Shown here: positions 37,062 to 47,231 of the stretch, one piece after another | Numbering within the stretch: position 1 is the stretch's first letter | Layout: every line of letters starts with the position of its first letter | NCBI GenBank assembly: GCA_039029735.1 | Contig: JBCCFL010000003.1 | Location: 12,257-76,256, forward strand | Reading direction: 5' to 3' | Length of the DNA stretch: 64,000 bases | Source: Actinomycetota bacterium | GTDB taxonomy: Bacteria; Actinomycetota; Acidimicrobiia; Acidimicrobiales; SZUA-35 | Notes under the pieces: generated by a model | Database searches by the model: none | What the model saw: the letters and a program-made list of their open reading frames with translations, nothing else | Told to the model about the DNA's origin: nothing | Translations under genes and position numbers: made by a program

Positions 37062-38075
37062 TCAGATCGAGCCCACGTCCCAGTCGCTGAGGGCGTGGCC
37101 GATCCGGTGCAGGCTCGTGGCAATGAAGGTTCGCGTTCGCTCGCTGTCGGCGTGGCGCTGGGCGAGCAGCAGCACCGCCAGCCCGGGAAGGACGAGTCCG
37201 GCCCGGTAGGCGTCAGGGGTGGTTCCGTAGGCGGCGATCAGGTCGTGGTCGACAGTCCTGCGGACCTCGACGGTCGTGCTGGTTGCGGCGAGCCAGGCGA
37301 TGTCGGCCGCACCGGCCTGGATCGCGATCTGTTGCCAGTCGAACACGATCGGGTGCCACTGGTCAGCGAACACCACGTTGTCAGCGCGAGGATCACCATG
37401 GCACAACGTGGGCGGACCGGCGGCCGTGAACGCCGCGACGGCCTGCTGGCGACGATCGACGAGGCGTTCGAAGCTGCGGCGGACCACCGGATCGAGATCG
37501 CCGGCCCACACCGTGGCCAGGGCCGCGATCCCCTTGTCGAGCGCCTCGGGGGCGAGCGTGGCCGGCGTGTTGGCTCGAAGCCCGGCCGGCGTCGCTCGTT
37601 GCGTCCAGTGGTCGTGGAAGGCCCGGAGCGCGCTGGTGACGGCGAGAGCCGCTGGCGCCGGAAGCCCGGCCATCTGATCGACCGCCCGGTAGGGGGTGAG
37701 GTCTTCCAACACGAACGATGCGTCGCCAGTGTGGGGGTCGTCGTCCACGAGGTGGCAGTGGGGCGCCCGGATCGGGCTGTTCGGAAGGATCGAGCGGTAC
37801 GCCTCGGCCTCGCGTCGGTAGGCTCCCGAGCCCCGTCCCGCATCGCCGTTGGGCCCTGCTGCTGGGATCTTGATCACCACTGATCGAGGTCGGCCCTCGA
37901 TGCCGTTCGGCCAGGCGAGATCAGCCCGTACCACCGAGCTGAACACACCCCGACCCCGGTTCACATCCGCCACGGCAGTGATGGTGGGCGTCACGGGATG
38001 CGGGGCGCCCTCGATCCTGACGGACAGCGCCCGGTGTACCAGGTCGGTGAGTCGGTGATCATCAACGGAGGCCAT
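37062..38075 (-). CDS. phosphotransferase (APH/choline-kinase-like) family protein
   Basis: Brenner motif LCHGDPRADN and the Mg-binding region FDWQ. Confidence 0.75.
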   Translation of the reverse strand: MASVDDHRLTDLVHRALSVRIEGAPHPVTPTITAVADVNRGRGVFSSVVRADLAWPNGIEGRPRSVVIKIPAAGPNGDAGRGSGAYRREAEAYRSILPNSPIRAPHCHLVDDDPHTGDASFVLEDLTPYRAVDQMAGLPAPAALAVTSALRAFHDHWTQRATPAGLRANTPATLAPEALDKGIAALATVWAGDLDPVVRRSFERLVDRRQQAVAAFTAAGPPTLCHGDPRADNVVFADQWHPIVFDWQQIAIQAGAADIAWLAATSTTVEVRRTVDHDLIAAYGTTPDAYRAGLVLPGLAVLLLAQRHADSERTRTFIATSLHRIGHALSDWDVGSI

Positions 38076-38374
38076 GTGTGCGGGCCAGGGTACGCAACGT
38101 GCTCCGCGCTGCGCGCGAATCGTTGACTGCCTGTGTTGGCCTAACTACCATCGGTGATATTCAAATGTCGTTGGCGTAATTACCGACGTCGTACTTGCTC
38201 GCCGCACATGCTGGTCGACCGTACGCCGTGTGGTGATCACGGCGGTGGCGCAGGCAAATGATCGCTGTTGGGTTGGCAGCGATCCGGGTGGTCGTCCGCA
38301 CACGTGGGCGCCGTTGATCATTTTCGACTCCTGGGGGTTGCCAGGGGTCGTCGGTGATTCGGAGAGGTACGTCG

Positions 38375-38833
38375 ATGAAGATCGAACAGAGCTATTCGGG
38401 CAAGAGAAGTGCTGAGATCGTGGGCATCACGTATCGGCAGCTCGACTATTGGGCTCGGACCGACCTGGTGAGGCCGTCGGTCACCGACGCCGCCGGCTCA
38501 GGCTCGCGGCGGCGCTACTCGTACCACGACCTCCTCAAGCTGAAGGTCATCAAGACCCTCCTCGACGCCGGTCTCCGTCTGGAAACCGTGCGTGAGGTGT
38601 TCACCTACCTGAAGGATGAACTCGGCGAAGACATCGCCTCGGCGAACCTCGTCGTGAATGGCTCCACCTCGGTGGTCACGCGCAGCGGTGAGGAACTGAT
38701 CGACCTGGTGCAGAAGGGCCAGGGTGTGCTCAACGTGCTCCCGCTGGCCGGCCTGAAGGACGAGGTCGACGCCAAGATCCTCTCCTTCCCGGCCGCCTCG
38801 GAGGGCGGCGAGGACATCAGTCGAGCTGGTTGA
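38375..38833 (+). CDS. MerR-family transcriptional regulator
   Basis: SAEIVGITYRQLDYWARTDLVRPS...RRYSYHDLLKLKVIKTLLDAG. GGAGAGG RBS upstream of the ATG at 38375. Confidence 0.85.
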   Translation: MKIEQSYSGKRSAEIVGITYRQLDYWARTDLVRPSVTDAAGSGSRRRYSYHDLLKLKVIKTLLDAGLRLETVREVFTYLKDELGEDIASANLVVNGSTSVVTRSGEELIDLVQKGQGVLNVLPLAGLKDEVDAKILSFPAASEGGEDISRAG

Positions 38834-40382
38834 GGCCTGCTTCGGGCGGGAAGTCCAGCGCCCGGTCGCTGGTGCCATCGCCGTTCTCGCTCACGGTCAG
38901 ACCCGGGTACCACATGTGGGCCCGGTTCTTGCCGGCCGCCTTCGCCTGATAGAGCGCCTTGTCGGCGCGGTCGAAGGTGGCATCGGTGCCGGTTGCGTCC
39001 TCGTGGAGGGCGACACCGGCGCTGATCGTGGTTGATCCGCCCTGCTGCGCCCAGCCGATCAGGATGCGATCGGCGACGGCGAGTGGGTCGGCGAACGCCC
39101 GCCGGGCCACGATGAGGAACTCGTCGCCACCAAGGCGGGCCGATGTATCAGAGTCGCGGAGGCACACCCGGAGGTGAGCGCTCAGGTCCTGGAGCACCTG
39201 GTCGCCCGCGGCATGGCCGAGGGAGTCGTTCACTTCCTTGAACCCGTCGAGATCCAACAGGATCAGCGCGTCGCCGGCCTCCATTGATTGGAGGAGGGCG
39301 TCGGCGTGCTTGCGGTTGCCGATCCCGGTGAGTTCGTCGCGGGTGGTGGCCCTCTCGAGCTCGTTGATCACGAAGAGGTGCTCGATGGCGATGCCAACCT
39401 GGGTGCCGAACAGTCGAGCGAGATCGAGGCTGAACTCCGGGTCGTCGGTCTGCATCGGATGCACCACCACCGCACCCGCAGGCACGTCGGCGGCCGGCAG
39501 CGGCAACACCAACATGTTGTCGTTGGCCGTGATGGGCACCAGCCGGGGCTCCTCACCACCGATCGTGTCGGCCACGAGCTGCGCCGTCTGGGGGTCTGGC
39601 AGCTCATTCGTCGATGGGCCGAGCGTCACTGGAATCAGGCCGCCCTGGGTGTCGCGCAGCACCACTGTGGCCCGCTCCACCTCGAAGATCTCGACGGCGG
39701 CCCTGGCAACCTCGTGGGCGGCCTCTTCAAGCGAACTCGGTCGGGTGAAGCGACGCAGCACGTCTTCCAGGCGGCCAAGCCGCTCCTTGCGGCTCGAGAA
39801 CCGGTTCGCCGTGCGCACACTGCGATCGGTCATGGCCGAGATCAGCTCGGCCACGAGCGCAGCAACCGGAACGCCGACGAGGGGGAGCGCCACGCTCACC
39901 CGGAAGTCGTCCTGCTGGTTCGCCGCCAGGAGCACGATCACGACGATCGGGGCGAACAACAATGCCGTGCCCGGCGGGAACACGAAGCCGACGTAGGCCA
40001 ACACGAGAACGGCGGCCGCGGCGAATCCGATCGAGGCATGAGCCGTGACCGCCGAGTTGGCCCAGTAGATCGCCCCGACCATGCCGAGCACTGCGCCGAC
40101 CGCGGGCAGGATCCGCCAGATCGGGCGGATCTGGTTCCAGTCGTTGATTGCGGCGTAGGCCCCACTCAACGCCAGCGCGAGAGCCAGGAAGAGCACGCTC
40201 GACCCAGGCGGGTCGCCGGTGGACCGGGCGAGGTAGTCGAGTACGGCCAGCAGGGCCGTACCGACGAGCACGCCACAGGCGGCCACCCGATATCGCTCTC
40301 GCCACAGCACGTTTCTCTCCACACCTCTGAGGTTGGTTGACTTGGGGGCGTTGGAATGCGAGCCGGGTGGGCACACGACCAC
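38817..40382 (-). CDS. membrane-anchored diguanylate cyclase (TM region, GAF-like, GGDEF)
   Basis: GGDEF active site RLGGDEFLIV with an RxxD I-site (RDSD) five residues upstream. Several N-terminal TM helices. The start is uncertain. Confidence 0.85.
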   Translation of the reverse strand: MVVCPPGSHSNAPKSTNLRGVERNVLWRERYRVAACGVLVGTALLAVLDYLARSTGDPPGSSVLFLALALALSGAYAAINDWNQIRPIWRILPAVGAVLGMVGAIYWANSAVTAHASIGFAAAAVLVLAYVGFVFPPGTALLFAPIVVIVLLAANQQDDFRVSVALPLVGVPVAALVAELISAMTDRSVRTANRFSSRKERLGRLEDVLRRFTRPSSLEEAAHEVARAAVEIFEVERATVVLRDTQGGLIPVTLGPSTNELPDPQTAQLVADTIGGEEPRLVPITANDNMLVLPLPAADVPAGAVVVHPMQTDDPEFSLDLARLFGTQVGIAIEHLFVINELERATTRDELTGIGNRKHADALLQSMEAGDALILLDLDGFKEVNDSLGHAAGDQVLQDLSAHLRVCLRDSDTSARLGGDEFLIVARRAFADPLAVADRILIGWAQQGGSTTISAGVALHEDATGTDATFDRADKALYQAKAAGKNRAHMWYPGLTVSENGDGTSDRALDFPPEAGLNQLD

Positions 40383-40476
40383 CCGGGGTGTCTAGAACAG
40401 TACCGTACGTGATGAGTAGCTCGAATTGGGCCACCCCGGTGAGAAACGCCCAGTGGGCCCATCTCCCCAGAACAGC

Positions 40477-41178
40477 TCAGCTGGACGTCGGATGCGCATG
40501 ATCCCTGGTCAGCGTGCCGGCATGGGAGCCGTCGTTGAACGAGCGCATCACCCAGCCCGTGGGATTCACCACGAGGTGCGAGATCGACGTGTGACGAGCG
40601 CCGTTGAACGCGAACGGGCGCGATCCAGTGACATGGGCCAGGACGGCTCCGATCACACCGCCATGGCAGAACGCCACGACGAACCGATCGGCGTTCGCCT
40701 CGGCGATCCGCTCGACCGCGCCAACGGTCCTGCTCATGAACTGGTCGGTGGTCTCGGCCCCCGGGATCTCACCCCACTCCTCGTTGGCCCGCATCGCCAA
40801 CACGGCGGGATGCTCGTCGGCCATCATCTGACGCAGGAAACCACCCTCGGCGTCGCCCAGATACACCTCGCGCAGGTCGGGTTCGACCAACAGGTCGAGC
40901 CCGAGCCGGCGGGCCAACGGTGCCGCTGTCTGGTGGGTGCGGGTGAGTGAGGACACGTAGATGGCGTCGATCGGCTCTGAAGCGAGGCGCGCCCCGACCA
41001 GTTCGGCCTGATGATGGCCCAGATCGGTGAGGTGAGGGTCGCCGTGGCCGCCGAGGAGCTCGAACGGCTCGTCGGGCACGAACGGAGCCGACTGGCCGTG
41101 CCGCACCAGAAGGATCTGGGCTGCACCGGGCTCGGGTTGATAGAGCGTCTGGGGGAACGACGCAGCATTCTGGGTCAT
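40477..41178 (-). CDS. histidine phosphatase (phosphoglycerate mutase-like) family protein
   Basis: LLVRHGQS (RHG motif) and a distal His (FCHGGVI). The start is taken at the ATG at 41178. Confidence 0.85.
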   Translation of the reverse strand: MTQNAASFPQTLYQPEPGAAQILLVRHGQSAPFVPDEPFELLGGHGDPHLTDLGHHQAELVGARLASEPIDAIYVSSLTRTHQTAAPLARRLGLDLLVEPDLREVYLGDAEGGFLRQMMADEHPAVLAMRANEEWGEIPGAETTDQFMSRTVGAVERIAEANADRFVVAFCHGGVIGAVLAHVTGSRPFAFNGARHTSISHLVVNPTGWVMRSFNDGSHAGTLTRDHAHPTSS

Positions 41179-41275
41179 GGGCGCGAACCCTAGTCGCCGA
41201 CGCTGACATCGGGACGAGGCGGCAACGGTCACCACGGGGCGGGGGAGCGGGAGGGCGACCGTAGGCTGCGGCCCC

Positions 41276-43423
41276 ATGGCCAACCCCGATCCCGCAGTCG
41301 CCCCGATCGCCGATCGGACCCCCGTCACCCGCTCCCTGTGGGGCGACGACGTTGTCGACTCGCTCGGTTGGCTGCGAGACCGGGACGACCCGGCGGTCCT
41401 CGCTGTGCTCGAAGCGGAGAACGCCCACACCGAGGCCCTCCTCGGCCCGGTGGCCGATCTCAGGAACACGCTGTTCGACGAGATCAAGGGCCGCATCCGC
41501 GAAACCGACCTGTCGGTGCCGGTGCCCAAGGACGGCTGGGCCTACTACACCCGCACTGTCGAAGGCGCCGCCTATCCAATCCACTGCCGCCGGCCCTTCG
41601 GCGCCGACGCTGATCTGATCGCCCTGATCGCGGCGCTCGATCCAGATCCCGACGGCGAGGGCCACGGCGTCGAGGCGGCCAACGCGGGCGCCGCCGAGGA
41701 GCAGATCCTGCTTGACGAGAACGCCGAGGCCGACGGCCATGAGTTCTTCGATGTCGGCCCGTTCGACGTGAGTCCAGACCACCGGTTGATGTTGTGGGGC
41801 TGGGACACCTCGGGCGACGAGCGCTTCACCGCCCGCATCCGCGACCTCGAACGCGGCGTCGACCTCGACGACGAGCTCACCGACATCGGCTACGCAACGG
41901 CCTGGGCCCTCGACAACCAGACGGTGTTCTACGTGCGCCAGGACGAGGCCAACCGCCCACACGAGGTGTGGCGTCACCGCCTCGGTACGCCCCAGTCGGA
42001 CGACGTGCGGGTGTACCACGACGACGACGAGCGGTTCTTCGTTGGCGTCGGTCGGGAGAAGGACGACTCCTTCATCCAGATCGGCTCGTCGTCGAAGATC
42101 ACCGACGAGGTCCACATCGTCCCCGCAGACGATCCCACCGCCGATCTCCGGCCGATCGCCCTGCGGCGCCAGGGTGTCGAATATGCAGTGAGTCACCACG
42201 GTGACCAGTTCGTGATCCTCACCAATGATCGCGGCCATCAGAACTTCACCGTCATGACCGTGAGCGACGTCGATCCAGGGCCGGAGAACTGGTCGGAACT
42301 CGACCTCGGTCGAGACCACGACGTGATGCTGAGCGACATCGACGTGACCGCTGACCATATGGTGCTGTTCGAGCGCGCCGATGGCCTCACCCGGATGCGG
42401 GTGAGGCGATGGGACGACGGCTCGATCACCGAGATCGACCAGCCTGAATCGCCCTCCACGGTGTGGCCGGGAGCGAATCCCGACTACCGGACCGGCCAGC
42501 TGCGCTACGGCTACAGCTCGATGGTCACTCCGCCCACGGTGTTCTCGCTCGATCTGGCCAGCGGGGAGCGCACCGTACTCAAGCAGCAACCCGTACTCGG
42601 TGACTTCGACGCCACTCGCTATGTGACGCAGCGGCTCTGGGCGACGGCCGACGATGGCACCCGCGTACCGATCAGCATCGTGGCGCGGGCCGATCGGCCG
42701 TCGGAGCCCGGGCCGTGTCTGCTCTATGCCTACGGGGCCTACGAGGTGTCGATCGATCCGACGTTCTCCGCCGCCCGCTTGTCGCTGCTCGACCGTGGGT
42801 TCGCGTTCGCCATCGCGCACGCCCGTGGTGGTGGCGAGATGGGCAGGGCCTGGTACGAGGCTGGCAAGTTCGAGGCCAAGGCCACCACCTTCGACGACGT
42901 GATCGCCTGTGGTCGCCACCTTGTGGCCTCCGGGTGGACCACGCCGAACCAACTCGCCCTTCGGGGCGGATCGGCCGGCGGGCTCATGGCGGGCGCCGTG
43001 ATCAACCGGGCCCCGGATCTCTTCGCCGCCGCCGTGGCTCAGGTGGCCTTCGTCGACGCCCTGAACACGATGCTCGACCCCAGCCTGCCGCTCACGGTCA
43101 CCGAGTGGGAGGAGTGGGGTAACCCGGCCGAGTCGGAGGCCATTTATCAGGCGATGCGGGCCTACAGCCCCTACGAGAACATCGGTGCGGTGCCCTACCC
43201 CTCGGTGCTGGCAACAGGTGGCCTCAACGACACGCGTGTTGGCTACTGGGAGCCGGCGAAGTGGGTGCAGGAGCTGCGCCGGATCACAACCGGACCGAAG
43301 CCGATCTTGCTGTGGACCGATCTCGGGGCCGGCCACGGCGGCCCATCGGGCCGCTACGACGCCTGGGCCGAAGAAGCGCGAATTCTGGCATACATCCTCT
43401 GGGCGCTAGGTTTGGCAACCTAG
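41276..43423 (+). CDS. ptrB: S9A prolyl oligopeptidase family, oligopeptidase B-like
   Basis: N-terminal propeller region and a C-terminal catalytic domain with GGSAGGLMAG, plus downstream Asp/His contexts. Confidence 0.85.
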   Translation: MANPDPAVAPIADRTPVTRSLWGDDVVDSLGWLRDRDDPAVLAVLEAENAHTEALLGPVADLRNTLFDEIKGRIRETDLSVPVPKDGWAYYTRTVEGAAYPIHCRRPFGADADLIALIAALDPDPDGEGHGVEAANAGAAEEQILLDENAEADGHEFFDVGPFDVSPDHRLMLWGWDTSGDERFTARIRDLERGVDLDDELTDIGYATAWALDNQTVFYVRQDEANRPHEVWRHRLGTPQSDDVRVYHDDDERFFVGVGREKDDSFIQIGSSSKITDEVHIVPADDPTADLRPIALRRQGVEYAVSHHGDQFVILTNDRGHQNFTVMTVSDVDPGPENWSELDLGRDHDVMLSDIDVTADHMVLFERADGLTRMRVRRWDDGSITEIDQPESPSTVWPGANPDYRTGQLRYGYSSMVTPPTVFSLDLASGERTVLKQQPVLGDFDATRYVTQRLWATADDGTRVPISIVARADRPSEPGPCLLYAYGAYEVSIDPTFSAARLSLLDRGFAFAIAHARGGGEMGRAWYEAGKFEAKATTFDDVIACGRHLVASGWTTPNQLALRGGSAGGLMAGAVINRAPDLFAAAVAQVAFVDALNTMLDPSLPLTVTEWEEWGNPAESEAIYQAMRAYSPYENIGAVPYPSVLATGGLNDTRVGYWEPAKWVQELRRITTGPKPILLWTDLGAGHGGPSGRYDAWAEEARILAYILWALGLAT

Positions 43424-43567
43424 TCTTGTCGTCACGAAGCATGTTGGAATTCCCGCCGTGCCCCTGGTCCGCCGTCATGTTCAGAGTGCCTCCCGCCCGG
43501 TTCGCCGGCGTCTTGAGGCGTACGACATCGTGCCGACAGGGGGTGTAGGGTCCACTCCAACGCAGCA

Positions 43568-45364
43568 ATGCGGAGCCGGACCCGCTCATCAGGAGGTAGG
43601 GCCGTCACTAGTCCCGAGTACGAACGCAGGTTGACCGCCTACGAGAGCGGTATGGCCGAGCTGCAAGAGCAGCTGAAGGCGATGGAGGAAGAAGTCGTCA
43701 CCCTCCGCCGCCGTCTCCAGGATGCGCCGAAGCGGGTGCGAACCCTCGAGGAACGTCTCCTCGACACGAAGGGCCAGCTGGCCCAAGCCGTGAGCCAGAA
43801 CGAGAAGCTCACCTACACACTGCGCGAGGCGCGAGAGCACATCGCCGCCCTGCGGGAAGAAGTCGACAAGCTCACCCAGCCGCCGAGCGCCTACGGCACG
43901 CTGCTCGGCATGAACTCCGACGGCTCGGCCGACGTGTTCTCGAGCGGTCGCAAGATGCGGGTCGAGTCTCATCCTGCGCTCGACGCCGACGAGTTGGTGC
44001 GTGGCGCCGAGGTCGTGCTGAACGAGTCGCTCAACATCGTCAAGGTTCGCCAGCCAGAACGTTCTGGCGAGGTGGTGAGCATCAAGGAGATGCTCGACGA
44101 GGGCACCCGAGCCTTCATCGTGGGCCGAGCTGACGAGGAACGCGTGGTCGAGCTGGCCGAGCACCTGATCGGCACCGGGGTGCGAGCCGGCGATTCGATG
44201 CTGCTCGACGTGCGGTCGTCAATCCTCGTCGAGAAGCTCCCCAAGGCCGAGGTCGAGGATCTCGTACTCGAGGAGGTGCCCGACGTCAGCTACGAGGACA
44301 TCGGCGGCCTCGAGGACCAGATCGAGACCATCGTCGATGCCGTGGAGCTGCCGTTCCTGCACGCCGACCTGTTCGCCGAGCACGAGTTGCCGGCACCGAA
44401 GGGCATCCTGCTCTACGGCCCTCCCGGATGTGGCAAGACCCTGATCGCCAAGGCCGTCGCCAATTCGCTCGCCAAGAAGGTGAACGAACTCGCTGGCAAC
44501 CAGGAGGCCCGCAGCTTCTTCTTGAACATCAAGGGCCCCGAGCTGCTCAACAAGTACGTCGGCGAAACCGAGCGCCAGATCCGTCTGATCTTCCAGCGAG
44601 CTCGGGAGAAGTCCGAAGAGGGCTGCCCGGTCATCATCTTCTTCGACGAGATGGAGTCGCTGTTCCGCACCCGGGGCAGTGGCATCAGCTCTGACATCGA
44701 GAGCACGATCGTTCCCCAGCTCCTCGCCGAGATCGACGGTGTGGAAACGCTGAAGAACGTGATCGTGATCGGCGCCTCCAACCGTGAGGATCTGATCGAC
44801 CCGGCCATTCTGCGGCCCGGCCGCCTCGACGTGAAGATCAAGATCGAGCGCCCGGACTCCGATGCCGCCCGGTCGATCTTCGCCAACTACCTCACCGGCG
44901 ATCTCCCGATCCATGCCGACGAGGTGGGCCGCCACGGTTCGCTCGACCAGGCGTTGGCGTCGATGATCGATGCCACCGTCGAGCACATGTATCGGGCCGA
45001 CGACGACACCCGCTTCCTCGAGGTGACCTACCAGAACGGCGACAAGGAGATCCTCTACTTCAAGGACTTCTCCTCCGGCGCCATGATCGAGAACATCGTG
45101 CGGCGGGCGAAGAAGCTCGCCATCAAGCGATTCCTCGACGACGGGTCGAAGGGCATCTGTACCGACGATCTGCTCGTGTCGGTCACCCAGGAGTACAAAG
45201 AGCACGAGGATCTTCCCAACACCACGAATCCGGACGATTGGGCCAAGATCTCGGGCAAGAAGGGCGAACGGATCGTCTACGTGCGAACTCTGGTCGGCCC
45301 AGAGGGTGGCGACAAGACCGGTGGCCGTACCATCGAACAGGTGGCCACAGGCCAGTACCTGTAG
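43568..45364 (+). CDS. arc: proteasome-associated AAA ATPase ARC/Mpa
   Basis: N-terminal coiled coil, Walker A GPPGCGKT, Walker B IIFFDEM, and the C-terminal ...GQYL docking motif. The exact start is uncertain. Confidence 0.95.
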   Translation: MRSRTRSSGGRAVTSPEYERRLTAYESGMAELQEQLKAMEEEVVTLRRRLQDAPKRVRTLEERLLDTKGQLAQAVSQNEKLTYTLREAREHIAALREEVDKLTQPPSAYGTLLGMNSDGSADVFSSGRKMRVESHPALDADELVRGAEVVLNESLNIVKVRQPERSGEVVSIKEMLDEGTRAFIVGRADEERVVELAEHLIGTGVRAGDSMLLDVRSSILVEKLPKAEVEDLVLEEVPDVSYEDIGGLEDQIETIVDAVELPFLHADLFAEHELPAPKGILLYGPPGCGKTLIAKAVANSLAKKVNELAGNQEARSFFLNIKGPELLNKYVGETERQIRLIFQRAREKSEEGCPVIIFFDEMESLFRTRGSGISSDIESTIVPQLLAEIDGVETLKNVIVIGASNREDLIDPAILRPGRLDVKIKIERPDSDAARSIFANYLTGDLPIHADEVGRHGSLDQALASMIDATVEHMYRADDDTRFLEVTYQNGDKEILYFKDFSSGAMIENIVRRAKKLAIKRFLDDGSKGICTDDLLVSVTQEYKEHEDLPNTTNPDDWAKISGKKGERIVYVRTLVGPEGGDKTGGRTIEQVATGQYL

Positions 45365-45406
45365 CCACAAGCGCATCCACCGAACACCAGAGGGACAGTA
45401 CGGATC

Positions 45407-46915
45407 GTGGCGATTCCGAAGATCGTTGGCATTGAAACCGAGTTCGGCATCATGGTCCGAGGCACGCCGGACTGGAATCCGGTCTCGGCGTCATCGCTGC
45501 TGATCAACGCCTACGTCGGCACCGACGTCGGCAGCGTTGATGATCGGGCCGCGCCGATCGCGTGGGACTTCATCGATGAGATGCCGGGCGCCGACGCCCG
45601 CGACTTCTTGCCGCCCGAGTTCGCGCTGCCCCCCGAGGTGGAGACCCATCTCGTGAACGCGGTGCTCACCAACGGCGCCCGGTACTACGTCGATCACGCG
45701 CACCCCGAGCTGTCGACGCCCGAGTGCCGTGACGCCTTGTCGGTCGTCCGCTACGACCGAGCGGCGGAGCTGATCCTGATCGAGTCGATGAAGGCCGCCA
45801 TCGACGCCCTGCCCCCAGGGCAGGAGGTCATCATCTACAAGGACAACTCCGATCGGAAGGGCAACGCCTACGGTTGCCACGAGAACTACCTGCTCGATCG
45901 GAACCTGCCTTTCGGGCAGATCATCACTGCGGCCACCACCCACTTCGTCACGCGTCAGATCTTCACCGGGTCGGGCAAGGTGGGCAGCGAGCTGCCAGGG
46001 GTGAGCCGGGCCGACGTGCCCTACCAGATCACCCAGCGTGCGGAGCACTTCGAGGAAGAGGTCGGGCTCGAGACCACGCTCAAGCGGCCCATCGTGAACA
46101 CCCGCGACGAACCGCACGCCGACTCCCAGAAGTACCGCCGGCTCCACGTGATCGCGGGCGACGCCAATCTGGCGCAGGTCGCCACCTTCTTGAAGGTGGG
46201 CACCTCGGCCATGATCTTCGCCATGCTCGAAGACGGTGCGCTCACCAACCGGGCCATCGAAGATCCTGTCCCCGCGATGCATCACGTGAGTCACGACCTG
46301 AGCCTCGCCTCACCCATCCGGATGGCTGATGGTCGGTCGATGACGGCGCTCGAGGTGCAGTGGGATCTCCTCGGTCAGGCCAAGGCCTGGGCCGACAGCC
46401 ACGGGCTCGACGCCGTTGGCGAGGAGTGCGGCAAGCTCGTACTCGAACGGTGGGAGCAGGTGCTCGAAGGGCTCGAACGCGACCCGATGTCGGTGGCGGG
46501 CCAGGTCGACTGGGTGGCCAAGAAGCGCATCCTGGAAGGGTTCATGGAGCGCCACGACTGCGACTGGGACGACTCTCGCCTCGGTGCACTCGACCTCCAG
46601 TACCACGACCTGCGACCGTCGAAGTCGTTGGCGGCGCGGGCCGGGCTGGAGGCATTGGTCACCGATGCCGAGGCCGAGATCGCCGTCAGCGAACCACCCG
46701 ATGACACGAGGGCCTACTTCCGGGGAAAGTGCCTCCAGAAGTTCGCCGACCAGATCGTGGCCGCAAATTGGGACTCGATCGTGTTCGACGTGGGTGATGA
46801 TCCCCTACGGCGAGTTCCCATGTTGGAGCCAGCAAGAGGTACCGTCGAGCATGTCGGGTCACTCGTAGCCGAGTCCGACACCGTCTCGGAGCTGCTGGAT
46901 CGGCTCGGGGCCTGA
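45407..46915 (+). CDS. dop: Pup deamidase/depupylase Dop
   Basis: IVGIETEFGI..., a PafA/Dop-family fold, positioned immediately upstream of pup. Confidence 0.9.
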   Translation: MAIPKIVGIETEFGIMVRGTPDWNPVSASSLLINAYVGTDVGSVDDRAAPIAWDFIDEMPGADARDFLPPEFALPPEVETHLVNAVLTNGARYYVDHAHPELSTPECRDALSVVRYDRAAELILIESMKAAIDALPPGQEVIIYKDNSDRKGNAYGCHENYLLDRNLPFGQIITAATTHFVTRQIFTGSGKVGSELPGVSRADVPYQITQRAEHFEEEVGLETTLKRPIVNTRDEPHADSQKYRRLHVIAGDANLAQVATFLKVGTSAMIFAMLEDGALTNRAIEDPVPAMHHVSHDLSLASPIRMADGRSMTALEVQWDLLGQAKAWADSHGLDAVGEECGKLVLERWEQVLEGLERDPMSVAGQVDWVAKKRILEGFMERHDCDWDDSRLGALDLQYHDLRPSKSLAARAGLEALVTDAEAEIAVSEPPDDTRAYFRGKCLQKFADQIVAANWDSIVFDVGDDPLRRVPMLEPARGTVEHVGSLVAESDTVSELLDRLGA

Positions 46916-46961
46916 CGGGCCCGAGCGGTGGTCCTCGCCGAGGAGCGCGAAGGAGATTGAC

Positions 46962-47156
46962 ATGGCCGACCGAGAGCAAGTCCGCAAGAACCCACGCCCC
47001 CAGGAACAGGACGAGATCGTCGAGGAGGCACCGAGCACGGAGCAGGGCGAAGCCCTGAAGGCCGAGCTCGACGACCTGCTGGACGAGATCGACGAGGTTC
47101 TCGAAACGAACGCCGAAGACTTCGTGAAGAGCTACATCCAAAAGGGCGGGCAGTAA
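46962..47156 (+). CDS. pup: prokaryotic ubiquitin-like protein Pup
   Basis: 64 aa and acidic, with LLDEIDEVLE...FVKSYIQKGGQ. The C-terminal GGQ implies a requirement for Dop deamidation. Confidence 0.95.
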   Translation: MADREQVRKNPRPQEQDEIVEEAPSTEQGEALKAELDDLLDEIDEVLETNAEDFVKSYIQKGGQ

Positions 47157-47172
47157 GCACCTTCACGCGGAT

Positions 47173-47209
47173 GGTCCCAGGGGTGGCACCGAGTGCCACC
47201 CCTGGGACC
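47173..47209. terminator. strong bidirectional intrinsic terminator between pup and the convergent S8 peptidase gene
   Basis: Perfect 17-bp stem GGTCCCAGGGGTGGCAC / GTGCCACCCCTGGGACC with a 3-nt loop, followed by a T-rich tract (tctgctgcttttgggtt). Confidence 0.8.
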
Positions 47210-47231
47210 TCTGCTGCTTTTGGGTTCGTTT

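Noticed and set aside
38123-38151. Sigma-70-like promoter TTGACT-N17-TACCAT upstream of the MerR gene
   Set aside because: It is a plausible hexamer match in an AT-richer spacer, but it lies about 220 bp from the start codon and is unsupported by anything else. Too weak to list as a feature.
40769-43336. 855-aa minus-strand ORF
   Set aside because: It is antisense to the oligopeptidase B gene and overlaps the histidine phosphatase gene in another frame. No recognisable motifs.
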